A DNA stretch of 58,801 nt from Gemmatimonadales bacterium (GTDB lineage Bacteria; Gemmatimonadota; Gemmatimonadetes; Gemmatimonadales; GWC2-71-9), in NCBI GenBank assembly GCA_041580775.1, contig JBFGDF010000004.1:1-58801 (forward strand). Reading direction: 5' to 3'. The notes beneath the pieces were generated by a model that was given only the letters and a program-made list of their open reading frames with translations, did no database searches and was not told where the DNA came from. The translations under genes were made by a program, and so were the position numbers. This document shows, piece after piece, positions 1-9,772 of the stretch (positions are counted from its first letter, which is position 1; each line of letters opens with the position of its first letter).

Positions 1-2
1 CC

Positions 3-422
3 CTCACCACTACCGACCTCGTCCACGAGCTGTACCTCAAGCTGGCCCGCGTCGAGCGTCTCACCTGGAAGGACCGGGCCCACTTCTTCGCGGTGTGCGC
101 GCAGGCCATGCGCCGCATCCTGGTGAACTACGCCATCAGGAAAACGGCACGGAAACGAGGCGGACGCACCGTCCAGGTTCCGATCGACGACGTCATGGTC
201 GTGGCGCAGACCCGCCCCGATGACCTCCTCTGGGTTGATGAGACCCTGAGTCGGCTGGAAGACCTGAGCCCCCGTCAGACCCGGGTGGTGGAGTGCCGGG
301 TGTTCGGAGGCATGGGCGTGAAGGAGACGGCGGCGGCATTGAGCGTCTCGCCGGCGACGGTCAAACGGGACTGGACCCTCGCCCGCGCGTGGCTCCGGCG
401 GGAGCTGGAGGCCACGACATGA
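3..422 (+). CDS. ECF-type RNA polymerase sigma factor (kinase-associated, TIGR02999-like), 5' truncated by window edge
   Basis: Frame open from nt 3: LTTTDLVHELYLKL...HFFAVCAQAMRRILVNYA...KRGG; C-terminal region 4 VVECRVFGGM...SPATVKRDWTLARAWL; stop overlaps kinase ATG (ATGA). Confidence 0.9.
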   Translation, partial: LTTTDLVHELYLKLARVERLTWKDRAHFFAVCAQAMRRILVNYAIRKTARKRGGRTVQVPIDDVMVVAQTRPDDLLWVDETLSRLEDLSPRQTRVVECRVFGGMGVKETAAALSVSPATVKRDWTLARAWLRRELEATT

Positions 423-3172
423 ACGCCGACCGCTGGGCGGAAGTCGAGCGACTGTTCGCCGCCGCCGCGGAGCTGGAAGCCGCGGCGCACGCGGACTACG
501 TCCGGTCCCACGCCAGCTCGGCCGAAGTCGGGCAGGAAGTCCTCTCCCTGCTCGCCGCCCATCGCCGCAGCAGCGTCTTCGATCCGCTCACGGCCCGCCA
601 GGACGCGCGCGACGCGCGGAGCGACCCTCTCGCGCCGGGCGCCCGCGTCGGCGCCTGGGAGGTGGTCCGCGAACTGGGCACCGGCGGGATGGGCACCGTG
701 TACCTGGCCCAGCGAGCCGACGGGGAGTTCGCGCAGCGCGCGGCGCTCAAGATCCTCGCGGCCGACCTGTCGGGTGGCAACGCCGAGGTGCGGTTCGCCG
801 CGGAGCGGCAGATCCTGGCGGGCCTGGCCCATCCCCACATCGCGGGGGTGCTCGACGGAGGCGTCAGCGCCGACGGCCGTCCCTACTTCGTCATGGAGCA
901 CGTGGAGGGGGTCTCCCTCAGCGTCCACTGTGACGCACGACGCCTGGACGTGCGTGCGCGCCTGCGACTGTTCCTCACGGTCTGCGACGCGGTGCAATAC
1001 GCACACCAGAATCTGATCGTCCACCGCGACCTGAAGCCGAGCAACATCCTGGTCACCCGCGAGGGCGTACCCACGCTGCTCGACTTCGGGATCGCGAAGG
1101 TGCTGGACGCTCGGCCGTTCCCGGGACCGTCCGCGCTCACCCAGCCCGGCGTGCGCGTGCTGACCCCCGAGTTCGCGGCACCCGAGCAGTTCCACGGCCT
1201 CGCCATCACCCCGGCGAGCGATGTCTATCAACTCGGCATGCTGCTGCACGAGCTGCTCGTGGGCCGGCGGCCCGTGGGTGGGACACCGCCCTGGGCGGGG
1301 GAGATGCCGGAGTCCGTCTCGATCCCACCGGCGGTCCGACCCTCTCGCGTCGCCTCGCGCGACGGAGCCCGCGACACGCCCGGAGAGACAGAGGCCGTCG
1401 TGCGCCGCGCTGCCGCACGACGCACGACCCCCGATCGCCTCAGCCGGCGGCTCCGGGGAGACCTGGACGCGATCGTGCTGAAAACCCTGCGACCCGAGCC
1501 GGAGCGACGCTACGCCACGGCCGGCCTTCTGGCCGACGACCTGAAGCGACACCTCGCCGGACGACCGGTCCGCGCCCGGCCGGACACCCTGGCGTACCGC
1601 GGCGGCAAGTTCGTCCGCCGGCACGCCTTCGGGCTCGCCGCCACCGCCGCGGCGTTCCTCCTGGTTCTGGGCTTCGCCCTCGGCATGGACCGTCAGGCTC
1701 GCCGCACGGCCCTCGAACGCGACCGGGCCGAACAGGTCATCGGGTTTCTGGTCGGGATGTTCCAGAGCACCGACCCCGCCGTCGCGCAGGGGGACACCGT
1801 CACGGTGCGCGAGGTGTTGGACCGCGGCGCCGTGCGCGTTCGGACCGAGCTCGGCGGGCAGCCCGGCGTGCAGGCAACGTTGCTCGAGGTCATGGGGGAC
1901 GTGTACTCCACCCTGGGTCTCCTGGACTCGGCCGTCGGGCTGTTGGACGAAGCCTTGGCGCTCCGCCGCACGGCGCCGGGGAGCGACGCCCGCCAGCTGA
2001 CCACCACGGTGCGGCGACTCGGGATGTTCCAGACGCAGGCAGGGCGCTTCGAGGTCGCAGCCCCCCTGCTCGACGAGGCGTTGGAGCGCCTGCGTCAGAC
2101 GGGGGAGCCCGGCACGGCGGAGTATGCGGCTGCTCTGACTGACATCGGCTACGCCTGACAAACCCAGGGAAGACTCGACCTCGCGGAACCACTGCTGGTG
2201 GAAGCGTTGGCCGGGTACGTGCGCCTCCCGGACCCGCCGCTGGGGATGGGCGCCGCCCTGACCAACCTGGGCTACGCCCAGATCTCGCGCGGCGATCTCG
2301 ATTCGGCCGAGGGGTTCTTCCGCCGCTCAGTGGACGTGCGGCGGCGGGTCGCGGGTGAGAACCACCCGGCGCTGGCCACAAGCCTCGAGGCGCTGAGTGA
2401 CGTGCTCATCCGTCAGCGCGCGTTCGTCGCCGCGGACAGCGCGGTCACCGAGGCCCTGGGCATCTTTCAGCGTGTGCTCCCGGAGGGACACTACCGGATC
2501 GCCGGGTTGCTCACGCAGCGCGGCCGCAGCCTCCGTGGGCAGGGCCGGCCCGCCGAGGCGGAGCCGCTGTTCCGCGAGGCGCTGGCCATGCGGATCGCGG
2601 CCTTCGGGGACGGCCACTTCATCGTCGCCGCCGCGCGGAACAACCTGGCCCTCGCGCTCGAAGCGCAGGGACGTGATGCGGACGCGGAGCCCCTCTTCCG
2701 CGCGGCCCTGGACGGCTATCGGCGTCACTTCGGCGACGAGCACGTCAACCCGGCGTTCGTGGAGCAGAACCTGGCGCGGTTGCTGCTCCGGACCGGCGCC
2801 CGCGCCGAGGCCGAAGCGCGCTTCGCCCACGCGATCCCGATCGCCCGCGCCGCCTTTCCGGCGAGTCGGGCGACCCTCGGCGACGTCGTGAGCCTGGGGT
2901 TGCTGCGGTGCGAGCGACGGCCCACCGAGGCACTCGGCGCTCTGCGGGACGCGGTAGACGAGCTGCGGCCGGCTGAGGGCGGCCCGGCACCGGACGACTA
3001 CCTGCGGGCACTGAACACGTTGGGGAACTGCCTGGCGCAGCATGGGCAGAGCGCCGAGGCGCGTCGGGTTCTCACGACGTCGCTGGAGGCGTCCGCGGGG
3101 CGGGTCCACGACGATCCCTCTCGGACCTTCGCGCGGCAACTGCTGGAACGCTTGCCGCCGCCACGCCGGTAG
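419..3172 (+). pseudogene. Membrane Ser/Thr protein kinase with C-terminal TPR sensor, interrupted by one in-frame TGA at 2156-2158
   Basis: GTGGMG, ALK, HRDLKPSN, DFG and APE motifs; TM helix AFGLAATAAAFLLVLGFALG; TPRs continue in the same frame across the stop (LTDIGYA*QTQGRLDLAEPLL) into ORF 2198-3172. Confidence 0.85.
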
Positions 3173-3188
3173 CGCGGCGCGACAGTGC

Positions 3189-4859
3189 TCACCCCGCGGC
3201 TGCGGTGGCGGGCGTGCGTGGCCGATGGGCGTCCCACCAGGCCGCGGCCCGCTCGACCGTCCAGGGCCGCGCGAGCGGCACCGCCGCGAGCAGCGCGGTG
3301 AGGGCGTCGGCGGTCTGCGGTCGGTCGGCGCGATCCTTGGCGAGGCAGGCCATGATCGTCTCCTCGAGGGCCGGCGGAATGGCGAGCTCGCTGCGCTGCG
3401 ACGGCGGGACCGGCGTGGCGTGGACGTGCTGCAGCATCGTCTCCATCGGACTGCGGCCCGTGAAGATGTGGTCCCCCGTCACCAGCCAGTAGCCGACGCA
3501 CCCGAGCGCGTAGAGATCCGCCCGCCCGTCCACGGACTCGCCCACCACCTGTTCCGGTGCCATGTAGGCGGGCGTCCCGCCCACGACGTTCTCGGCGGTG
3601 AGCTTGGCGTCGCGTTCGGCGGGCTCGGCGGACCGCTTGACCATCCCGAAGTCGAGCACCTTGACCCAGTCGGTTTCGCGGCCATACCGGCAGGTGTAGA
3701 TGTTGGCCGGCTTGATGTCGCGATGGATCAGCCCGCTCGCGTGCGCCTCGCCGAGCGAATGGCAGGCCTGGCGCAGAAGATGCACGACGCGTTCGGCCGG
3801 CAGGGGCCCGAACTGCCGGACCAGGGTATCGAAATCGAACCCGTCGAGCAGTTCCATCACGTAGTAGAACGTGCCATCCTCCGCCACGCCGAAATCGTAG
3901 AGTTCGACGGTGTGCGGACACCGCATCGACGCCGTCGCCTGGGCTTCGCGCTCGAACCGTTGCAGATGCACGCGGCGCTGCTCGACGTGGGGCGCCCCCA
4001 GCGCGTCCGATCGGATGAGCTTCACCGCCGCCGGGCGGGCGAGCAGCCGGTGCTCGGCCCGCCACACTTCACCCATCCCGCCCACGCCCAGCTGCTCGAC
4101 CAATCGGTAACTCCCCAGCTCGCGGGCGCGCCGCACCTCCGCCCCGAGGCGGTACACGACCCGGGCTGCGACCCAGGCCATGCCGACGATCAGGACGTAG
4201 GGGAAGATCAGCGCGAAGAAGAACTCGAAGCCGCCCAGCGTGACGGTGTTGATGCCCAGCGCCATGAAGATCGCGAACACGATGGGCACCGCACTCACCG
4301 ACAGCGCCGCGGCCAGCAGCGCCCGCCGGGGCGGCGCCGGCACGACCACGGTGAACAGCATCACCCACGCGGATACCCACGAGAGTCCGAAGCTCCCGAC
4401 GTCGCCGAGGTTCTCCATCCCCACGTACCGCACGCCTGCGATGACGCCCTGGTACTCGGCGGCGGCGATCCCCACGCTACCCAACACCTCGAACGCGAGC
4501 CCGAGATTGAGCTTGATGCCGGCCGGCACGTCGCTCCACCGAACCACGGCGAACACGGTCACACCGAGCAGAATGGACACCACGGGCGGTCCGATCAGCC
4601 GGAGTGTAGTGAAGTACGTCGGATGACACACCGCCTCCGGGTCCATGCGGGCGATCAGCACACAGGCGGCGTTGGGCACGATCGCGGCGAAGAAGAACAC
4701 GGCCGCGTAGAGCAGGGCGACCGTCTGGAGCCGGCGGACCGCGGCATCGAGGATGTCGGCCGGCAGGCGCAGCGACCCGAGCGAGGCGATCTCGCGCTGC
4801 ACGGCGCTCGGCCGGCCCGGATGCAGATGCGGCGTGTCCGCGTGCGGCGGTTCGGGCAT
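3189..4859 (-). CDS. Ser/Thr protein kinase with N-terminal multi-pass membrane domain
   Basis: About 6 hydrophobic helices, then GVGGMGEV, AVK, HRDIKPAN, DFG, GTPAYMAPE; start 4859 preceded by -10-like TAGTGT. Confidence 0.9.
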   Translation of the reverse strand: MPEPPHADTPHLHPGRPSAVQREIASLGSLRLPADILDAAVRRLQTVALLYAAVFFFAAIVPNAACVLIARMDPEAVCHPTYFTTLRLIGPPVVSILLGVTVFAVVRWSDVPAGIKLNLGLAFEVLGSVGIAAAEYQGVIAGVRYVGMENLGDVGSFGLSWVSAWVMLFTVVVPAPPRRALLAAALSVSAVPIVFAIFMALGINTVTLGGFEFFFALIFPYVLIVGMAWVAARVVYRLGAEVRRARELGSYRLVEQLGVGGMGEVWRAEHRLLARPAAVKLIRSDALGAPHVEQRRVHLQRFEREAQATASMRCPHTVELYDFGVAEDGTFYYVMELLDGFDFDTLVRQFGPLPAERVVHLLRQACHSLGEAHASGLIHRDIKPANIYTCRYGRETDWVKVLDFGMVKRSAEPAERDAKLTAENVVGGTPAYMAPEQVVGESVDGRADLYALGCVGYWLVTGDHIFTGRSPMETMLQHVHATPVPPSQRSELAIPPALEETIMACLAKDRADRPQTADALTALLAAVPLARPWTVERAAAWWDAHRPRTPATAAAG

Positions 4860-4977
4860 GACGAACACTAGTCGCACGAAGCCGTGTCCGGGAGAGCGCG
4901 CTGGCCACCGCGGCCGATCGGGTTAGCTTGCGCTCCTGGCGCTTCGACCCACCACCCCGACACGAGGCTACGACCCG

Positions 4978-5514
4978 ATGACCCGGTATCTCCTGCCCCT
5001 CACGCTGGCGCTCGCGCTGCTCGGCGGCGCGCAGCGCGCGCCCGCGCAGAGCACGCCGCTCGAGGTCCGCGAGCAGGCCGCCGACCACTTCGACCGCTCC
5101 AGCCGCAAGATCGTGATGCTGGCCCGGGCGATGCCGGCGGAGCTCTACCCCTGGCGCCCCGGCGACGGCGTCATGTCCGTGGGCCAGGTGTACATGCACA
5201 TCGCGCGCTACAACTACCTGTATTTCGCGGAGTCGCTCGGCATCCACGCCCCGCCCACGGTCGACTGGCCGAACTTCGAGTCGATCACCGACAAGGCCCG
5301 CGTGCTCGAGCTGCTGGAGCAGTCGGTGCAGCACGTCCGGACGTCCGTCGCCGCGATGGACGAACAGTCCCTGACCCGATCGACCCTGCTGTACGGCCGC
5401 CACGTGGCCGCGTGGGCCGTGCTGGTCCAGCTCGTGGCCCACATGAACGAGCACGTGGGCCAAGCCGTCGCGTACGCCCGGGTGAACGGCATCGTGCCGC
5501 CGTGGTCGCGCTGA
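4978..5514 (+). CDS. Secreted DinB-family protein
   Basis: Signal peptide ending APAQ; DinB His pattern MHIA...AHMNEHVGQ. Confidence 0.8.
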   Translation: MTRYLLPLTLALALLGGAQRAPAQSTPLEVREQAADHFDRSSRKIVMLARAMPAELYPWRPGDGVMSVGQVYMHIARYNYLYFAESLGIHAPPTVDWPNFESITDKARVLELLEQSVQHVRTSVAAMDEQSLTRSTLLYGRHVAAWAVLVQLVAHMNEHVGQAVAYARVNGIVPPWSR

Positions 5515-5527
5515 CCGACACGCTCCC

Positions 5528-6040
5528 GTGCCCTTCCCCGACGCGTTCACCACCAGGCGGCTGCAGGCCGAGCGCCTGCTCGCCGATCACCGCCCCGATG
5601 TCCAGCGCCTGCACGGCGACCCGGCCGTCATGGCTTTGCTGGGCGGCGTGCGCGATGCGGACCAGACGGCCGCGTATCTCGCGCGCAACCTCCGGCATTG
5701 GGACGAGCATGGGTTCGGGGTGTGGATCCTGCGCGAGCTGCACGGCGCCGACGTGATCGGGCTCGCCGTGCTGCGCCACCTGCTCATCGACGACGTCGAC
5801 GAAGTGGAAGTGGGCTACGCGTTCCATCCGGCCTCCTGGGGCCGGGGCCTCGCCACGGAGGTGGCGACGGCCTGTGTCGGGTTTGCCCGGGACCCCTTGC
5901 ACCTGCCGTCCCTTGTCGCCCTCACCCATCGGGACAACCACCGGTCGCAGCGCGTGCTCCGCAAGGTGGGCCTCGTGTACGAACGGGAGATCGTCCACGA
6001 GGGCCTGCCTACGGCGCTGTTCCGCACGCCGCCGGGCTGA
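5528..6040 (+). CDS. GNAT N-acetyltransferase (RimJ/RimL type)
   Basis: EVGY, WGRGLATE, NHRSQRVLRKVG motifs. Confidence 0.85.
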   Translation: MPFPDAFTTRRLQAERLLADHRPDVQRLHGDPAVMALLGGVRDADQTAAYLARNLRHWDEHGFGVWILRELHGADVIGLAVLRHLLIDDVDEVEVGYAFHPASWGRGLATEVATACVGFARDPLHLPSLVALTHRDNHRSQRVLRKVGLVYEREIVHEGLPTALFRTPPG

Positions 6041-6137
6041 GCGCGCCGCCAGCGCCGGACTGGCGCCCGGCGTCGGCGTGTGGCAGTGTTGACACCCCAC
6101 GATGCCGTGCCGCACCCCCGGTGTCGGAGGAGCCCGC

Positions 6138-6665
6138 GTGCGACGCATCCGATACCTCGTGGCCATGAGCCTGGACGGCTACATCGCCGGGCCGAATGGC
6201 GAGGCCGACTGGATCATCATGGACCCCGACATCGACTTCGGGGCGATCTTCCGGCAGTTCGACACGCTGCTCATGGGCCGCCGCACCTACGAGGCGGCAC
6301 AGGCCCAGGGCGGGGGCGGGGGCGGCATGCCGGGCATGGCGTCGGTCGTCGTGTCACGGACACTTCGGCCGGCAGACCACCCCAAGGTCACGATCTTCGG
6401 CCAGGACGCCGATCGCCAGATCGCCGCGCTGCGTGAGCGTCCCGGCAAGGACATCTGGCTGTTCGGCGGCGGCGACCTCTTCCGCAGCCTGCTCGCCGCC
6501 CGCCTCGTGGACACGGTCGAGGTCGCGGTGATTCCGGTCCTGCTGGGCCAGGGGATCCCCCTGCTCCCGCCGCCGGGCGTCCAGACGTCGCTGCGCCTGA
6601 CGGGCCACCACGTGTACTCGACCGGGATCGTGTCGCTCGAGTACGCCGTCGCCGCCGCACAATGA
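6138..6665 (+). CDS. Dihydrofolate reductase-family (RibD C-terminal-like) protein
   Basis: AMSLDGYIA, LLMGRRTY, IWLFGGG, PVLLGQG; GGAGGA RBS before GTG 6138. Confidence 0.88.
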   Translation: MRRIRYLVAMSLDGYIAGPNGEADWIIMDPDIDFGAIFRQFDTLLMGRRTYEAAQAQGGGGGGMPGMASVVVSRTLRPADHPKVTIFGQDADRQIAALRERPGKDIWLFGGGDLFRSLLAARLVDTVEVAVIPVLLGQGIPLLPPPGVQTSLRLTGHHVYSTGIVSLEYAVAAAQ

Positions 6666-7132
6666 GGAGTCCGCTGACGGACGCGATGATCACCGTGCGT
6701 CCTGCGGCCCCTGCCGACGCGGCCGCCTGGCTGGCGATGCGTGTGGCGCTGTGGCCCGACGGCGCCGCGGCTGAACACCGCCAGGAGATCGCGCGCTACT
6801 TCGCGGGACAGGCGCGCGAGCCGGCCGCCGTGCTGTTGGCGATGCGCAGCACGACACCCGCGGGGTTCGCCGAGCTGGCGATTCGCGCGTACGCGGAAGG
6901 CTGCCGGACCGACCGGGTGGCGTATCTCGAGGGGTGGTACGTCGTGCCAGACGCGCGCCGCCGCGGCGTCGGCCGGGCGCTGATCGCCGCCGCCGAGCAG
7001 TGGGGACGCGCGCAGGGCTGCACCGAGTTCGCGTCGGATGCCCACCCCGACAATGCGATCAGCGCAGCTGCGCATCGGGCCGCCGGCTTCACGGACGTCG
7101 GCCTGGTGCGCTGCTTCCGCAAGACGCTGTAG
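6662..7132 (+). CDS. GNAT acetyltransferase, aminoglycoside AAC(6')-I-like
   Basis: MRVALWP, GFAELAIR.YAEGC, YLEGWYV, RRRGVG, EFASD, HRAAGF typical of AAC(6')-I. Confidence 0.8.
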   Translation: MRSPLTDAMITVRPAAPADAAAWLAMRVALWPDGAAAEHRQEIARYFAGQAREPAAVLLAMRSTTPAGFAELAIRAYAEGCRTDRVAYLEGWYVVPDARRRGVGRALIAAAEQWGRAQGCTEFASDAHPDNAISAAAHRAAGFTDVGLVRCFRKTL

Positions 7133-7136
7133 GCCG

Positions 7137-7889
7137 ATGCTCCGGGTCGCCCTGTGGACGCTCGCGATCCTGGCCGCGGCATTCCTGCTGGACCGCGTGT
7201 TGCTCGCCTGCGAAGCCCGCGGCTGGATGAACTATCGACGGCGGGGTCTGAGTCGCCGCGGGGCAGCGTTCCACTCGCTGACCCTGCAAAGCATCTTCGA
7301 CCCCGCCGCCGCACACCTCCAGCACGTCCAGTATGCGGAGGTCGAGGAGCGTGACGATTCCGGCGATCCGTCACCCCCCGATGCCGCCACACCCTACATC
7401 CCGGAGGCCACCGTGCGCGTCGCCGAAGCAGGAACCCTCCATCACACGTGCTTCGTGGTGCACGACGTCGAGCGAGCCGCCACGGCACTCGCGGCGTCGC
7501 TCGGCATCAAGCCGTGGAACGTCTGGACCATCGAGCCGGTCACCACGACCGTGCACGGACGCAACGTCCCGTTCTCGTTCCGCGTGGCGCTCGCTCAGGT
7601 GGGCGATTCGAGCTACGAGCTGCTCGCGCCGCTCGCGGGTGCCAGCGTGTATGTCGAGCATCTCGAGACCAAGGGTGAGGGCTTTCACCACACCTGTCTC
7701 GCGTATCCGAGCCTGGCCGCAATGCGCGCCGCCAAAGACGAGCTGGTCCGTCAGGGCCGCGCCATGATCCAGAGCGGCGGCCTGGGGGACGCGGGCGAGT
7801 TCTGCTACTTCGACATCGCTGAGACCGGTGCCGTGCTGGAGCTGCTGTATCTCAAGGAACTGCCGCCGCCGGAGCAGACGATCGGATAG
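7137..7889 (+). CDS. Small membrane protein in frame with a VOC (methylmalonyl-CoA epimerase/glyoxalase-like) domain; possibly two genes, second start GTG 7413
   Basis: N-terminal TM and DDSGDP acidic tail; then LHHTCFVVHD, YELLAP, GEGFHHTC, LELL; internal GGAGG at 7403-7407. Confidence 0.7.
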   Translation: MLRVALWTLAILAAAFLLDRVLLACEARGWMNYRRRGLSRRGAAFHSLTLQSIFDPAAAHLQHVQYAEVEERDDSGDPSPPDAATPYIPEATVRVAEAGTLHHTCFVVHDVERAATALAASLGIKPWNVWTIEPVTTTVHGRNVPFSFRVALAQVGDSSYELLAPLAGASVYVEHLETKGEGFHHTCLAYPSLAAMRAAKDELVRQGRAMIQSGGLGDAGEFCYFDIAETGAVLELLYLKELPPPEQTIG

Positions 7890-7908
7890 AACCTTTCCGG
7901 AGGACATC

Positions 7909-8418
7909 ATGCGCGCCACCGACGTTGTGCTCCCTGTTGCGCTGGCCGCCCTCGTGGCCGGCTGCGGCCTCTCCCCGAGTGCACGGCTCGAAGCCAACAA
8001 GACGCTCGTCCGTCAGTTCACCGAGACGGTCAACGCCGCGGACTGGGCTCGGCTCGAAGACCTGGTGGCCGACGATGTCGTCCGCCACAGCCAGGCAACC
8101 GCCGGACCGCCCGTGACGTCGCGGGCCGCGTTCGTGGAGCTGCAGCGGACGTTCCTCGTCAGCATGCCGGACCAGCGCGTCACCATTCAACTGCTCGTCG
8201 CCGAGGGCGACAAGGTGGCTGCGCTCGCGACGTATACCGGTACCCAGACGGGGCCGATGGGCGACTTCCCCATCACCGGCAAGGCGGTCGACGCACCGTT
8301 CCTCGCGATCTTCCGTATCGCGGACGCCAAGATCGCCGAGCTGTGGGTCGAGTGGGACAACCTGGCGATGCTCACCCAGCTGGGGGTGTTCCCGCCACCG
8401 AGCCCGACCGGCGGGTGA
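7909..8418 (+). CDS. SnoaL-like ester cyclase lipoprotein
   Basis: Lipobox LVAGC; NKTLVRQF, VAEGDKV, GTQTG, KIAELW. Confidence 0.82.
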   Translation: MRATDVVLPVALAALVAGCGLSPSARLEANKTLVRQFTETVNAADWARLEDLVADDVVRHSQATAGPPVTSRAAFVELQRTFLVSMPDQRVTIQLLVAEGDKVAALATYTGTQTGPMGDFPITGKAVDAPFLAIFRIADAKIAELWVEWDNLAMLTQLGVFPPPSPTGG

Positions 8419-9260
8419 GCACCGGTCGCGTGGCCCCGCGCCTCCGCGTCTTTCGGTACCGCGTGCGATTAGGGTTGCTCGCCGCGTCGCTCGGTGGCCT
8501 CGCCCTGGCCATCGGGGGATTCCGCACGGCCCTCTCCAGTCCAGGGGCGGCGCCCGACACGCTCCGCGTCGTGGCGTACAACATCCATCACGGCGAGGGC
8601 ATGGATGGCGAGGTGGACCTCGCCCGAATCGCCGCGCTCCTCACCGCGCTCGAGCCCGATCTCGTGGCGCTCCAGGAGGTGGACCGCTCCGTGGAGCGCA
8701 CGGGGGTCGTCGATCAGGCGGCCCGCCTCGGGACGCTCACGGGTATGGCCGTCGCGTTCGGGGCGTTCATGCCCTACCAGGGCGGGGAGTACGGGATGGC
8801 CGTGCTGTCGCGCTGGCCGATCGTTGCCTCGCACAACCATCGGCTGCCGGATGGCGAGGAACCACGTTCCGCCCTCGCGGTGCGCGTGCGCTCGCCCACC
8901 ACCGGCCGCGAGCTGGAATTCGTCGGTATTCACCTGTATCGCACCGAGCCGGAACGGGTGGCCCAAGCGGCACGCATCGCGGCGATCTTCGCCGCAGTGG
9001 AGGTTCCCGTGATGCTGGCGGGCGATTTCAACTCCGAGCCCGGCTCTCCAGTGCTGGCGCTTCTGGCCCGGACGTGGCGGTTCGTCGAGAAGGGAGCCGA
9101 TCGTCTCACGTTTCCGTCGACCGGCCCGGAGCGTGAGATCGACTTCGTGGCGTACCGTCCGGCGGACGCATTTGCCGTCCTGCGCCAGCAGTTGCTCGAC
9201 GAGCCGGTCGTCTCCGACCACCGGCCCCTGTTCGTCGAGCTCGCGTGGCCCGAGCCATGA
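8415..9260 (+). CDS. Endonuclease/exonuclease/phosphatase (EEP) family protein
   Basis: YNIHHG, LQEVD, GDFN, IDF, SDH catalytic motifs; N-terminal hydrophobic anchor. Confidence 0.88.
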   Translation: MSTGRVAPRLRVFRYRVRLGLLAASLGGLALAIGGFRTALSSPGAAPDTLRVVAYNIHHGEGMDGEVDLARIAALLTALEPDLVALQEVDRSVERTGVVDQAARLGTLTGMAVAFGAFMPYQGGEYGMAVLSRWPIVASHNHRLPDGEEPRSALAVRVRSPTTGRELEFVGIHLYRTEPERVAQAARIAAIFAAVEVPVMLAGDFNSEPGSPVLALLARTWRFVEKGADRLTFPSTGPEREIDFVAYRPADAFAVLRQQLLDEPVVSDHRPLFVELAWPEP

Positions 9261-9266
9261 CGCGCG

Positions 9267-9728
9267 GTGCAACCCCACGAGGCGCACGAGAGCCTCGAGT
9301 CTCAGGAGATCCGGGATCGGTCACGCGGGAAGCGCGCGGTACTGGCGTTTGTCGTCGCGCCGCCCACGGCCCCGGGTGCCCTGTGGCTATACCTGCTGAC
9401 CAGCGATCTGCTCTTCGGAGCGAGACCGGACGTCGTCGAGTACGTCGTCACCCTGCCGTTCGTGGTCGCACTCGGGGCGCCGGCGAGCTACGCCGCCGCC
9501 GCGCTCGCGGGCCTCCCCGCCTATCTGCTCCTCTCCCGGTTTGCCCGGGTCCGCGCCTGGCACATGATGGTTGTCGGCGCCGCGGCGGGCATGGCCGTCG
9601 CGCCCTTCGCACTGGACCGCCACCTGGCCTTCTCGCCGATTCCCGCCGGGATGGGCGCCACCGCCGCATCCGTCTGGTGGATGATCTACCGGACTTCCCC
9701 TCGAAGGCGACGGACCCCGACGGCGTAA
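9267..9728 (+). CDS. Hypothetical membrane protein (about 4 TM)
   Basis: Hydrophobic helices; fills the gap in a same-strand gene run. Confidence 0.55.
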   Translation: MQPHEAHESLESQEIRDRSRGKRAVLAFVVAPPTAPGALWLYLLTSDLLFGARPDVVEYVVTLPFVVALGAPASYAAAALAGLPAYLLLSRFARVRAWHMMVVGAAAGMAVAPFALDRHLAFSPIPAGMGATAASVWWMIYRTSPRRRRTPTA

Positions 9729-9772
9729 CGCCGACGCTCGCCCACGCTCGATTCGGAGGTTAGTCTTCGCTC

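Noticed and set aside
2156-2200. Selenocysteine or genome-wide UGA recoding at the kinase TGA
   Set aside because: The position is a TPR helix, not a redox site; no convincing SECIS hairpin follows; many genes here end normally in TGA.
9723-9765. attC-like TAAC...GTTAG pair after the 9267-9728 gene
   Set aside because: Only about 43 bp, no L-box pairing, not repeated between other genes, and no integrase in the window.
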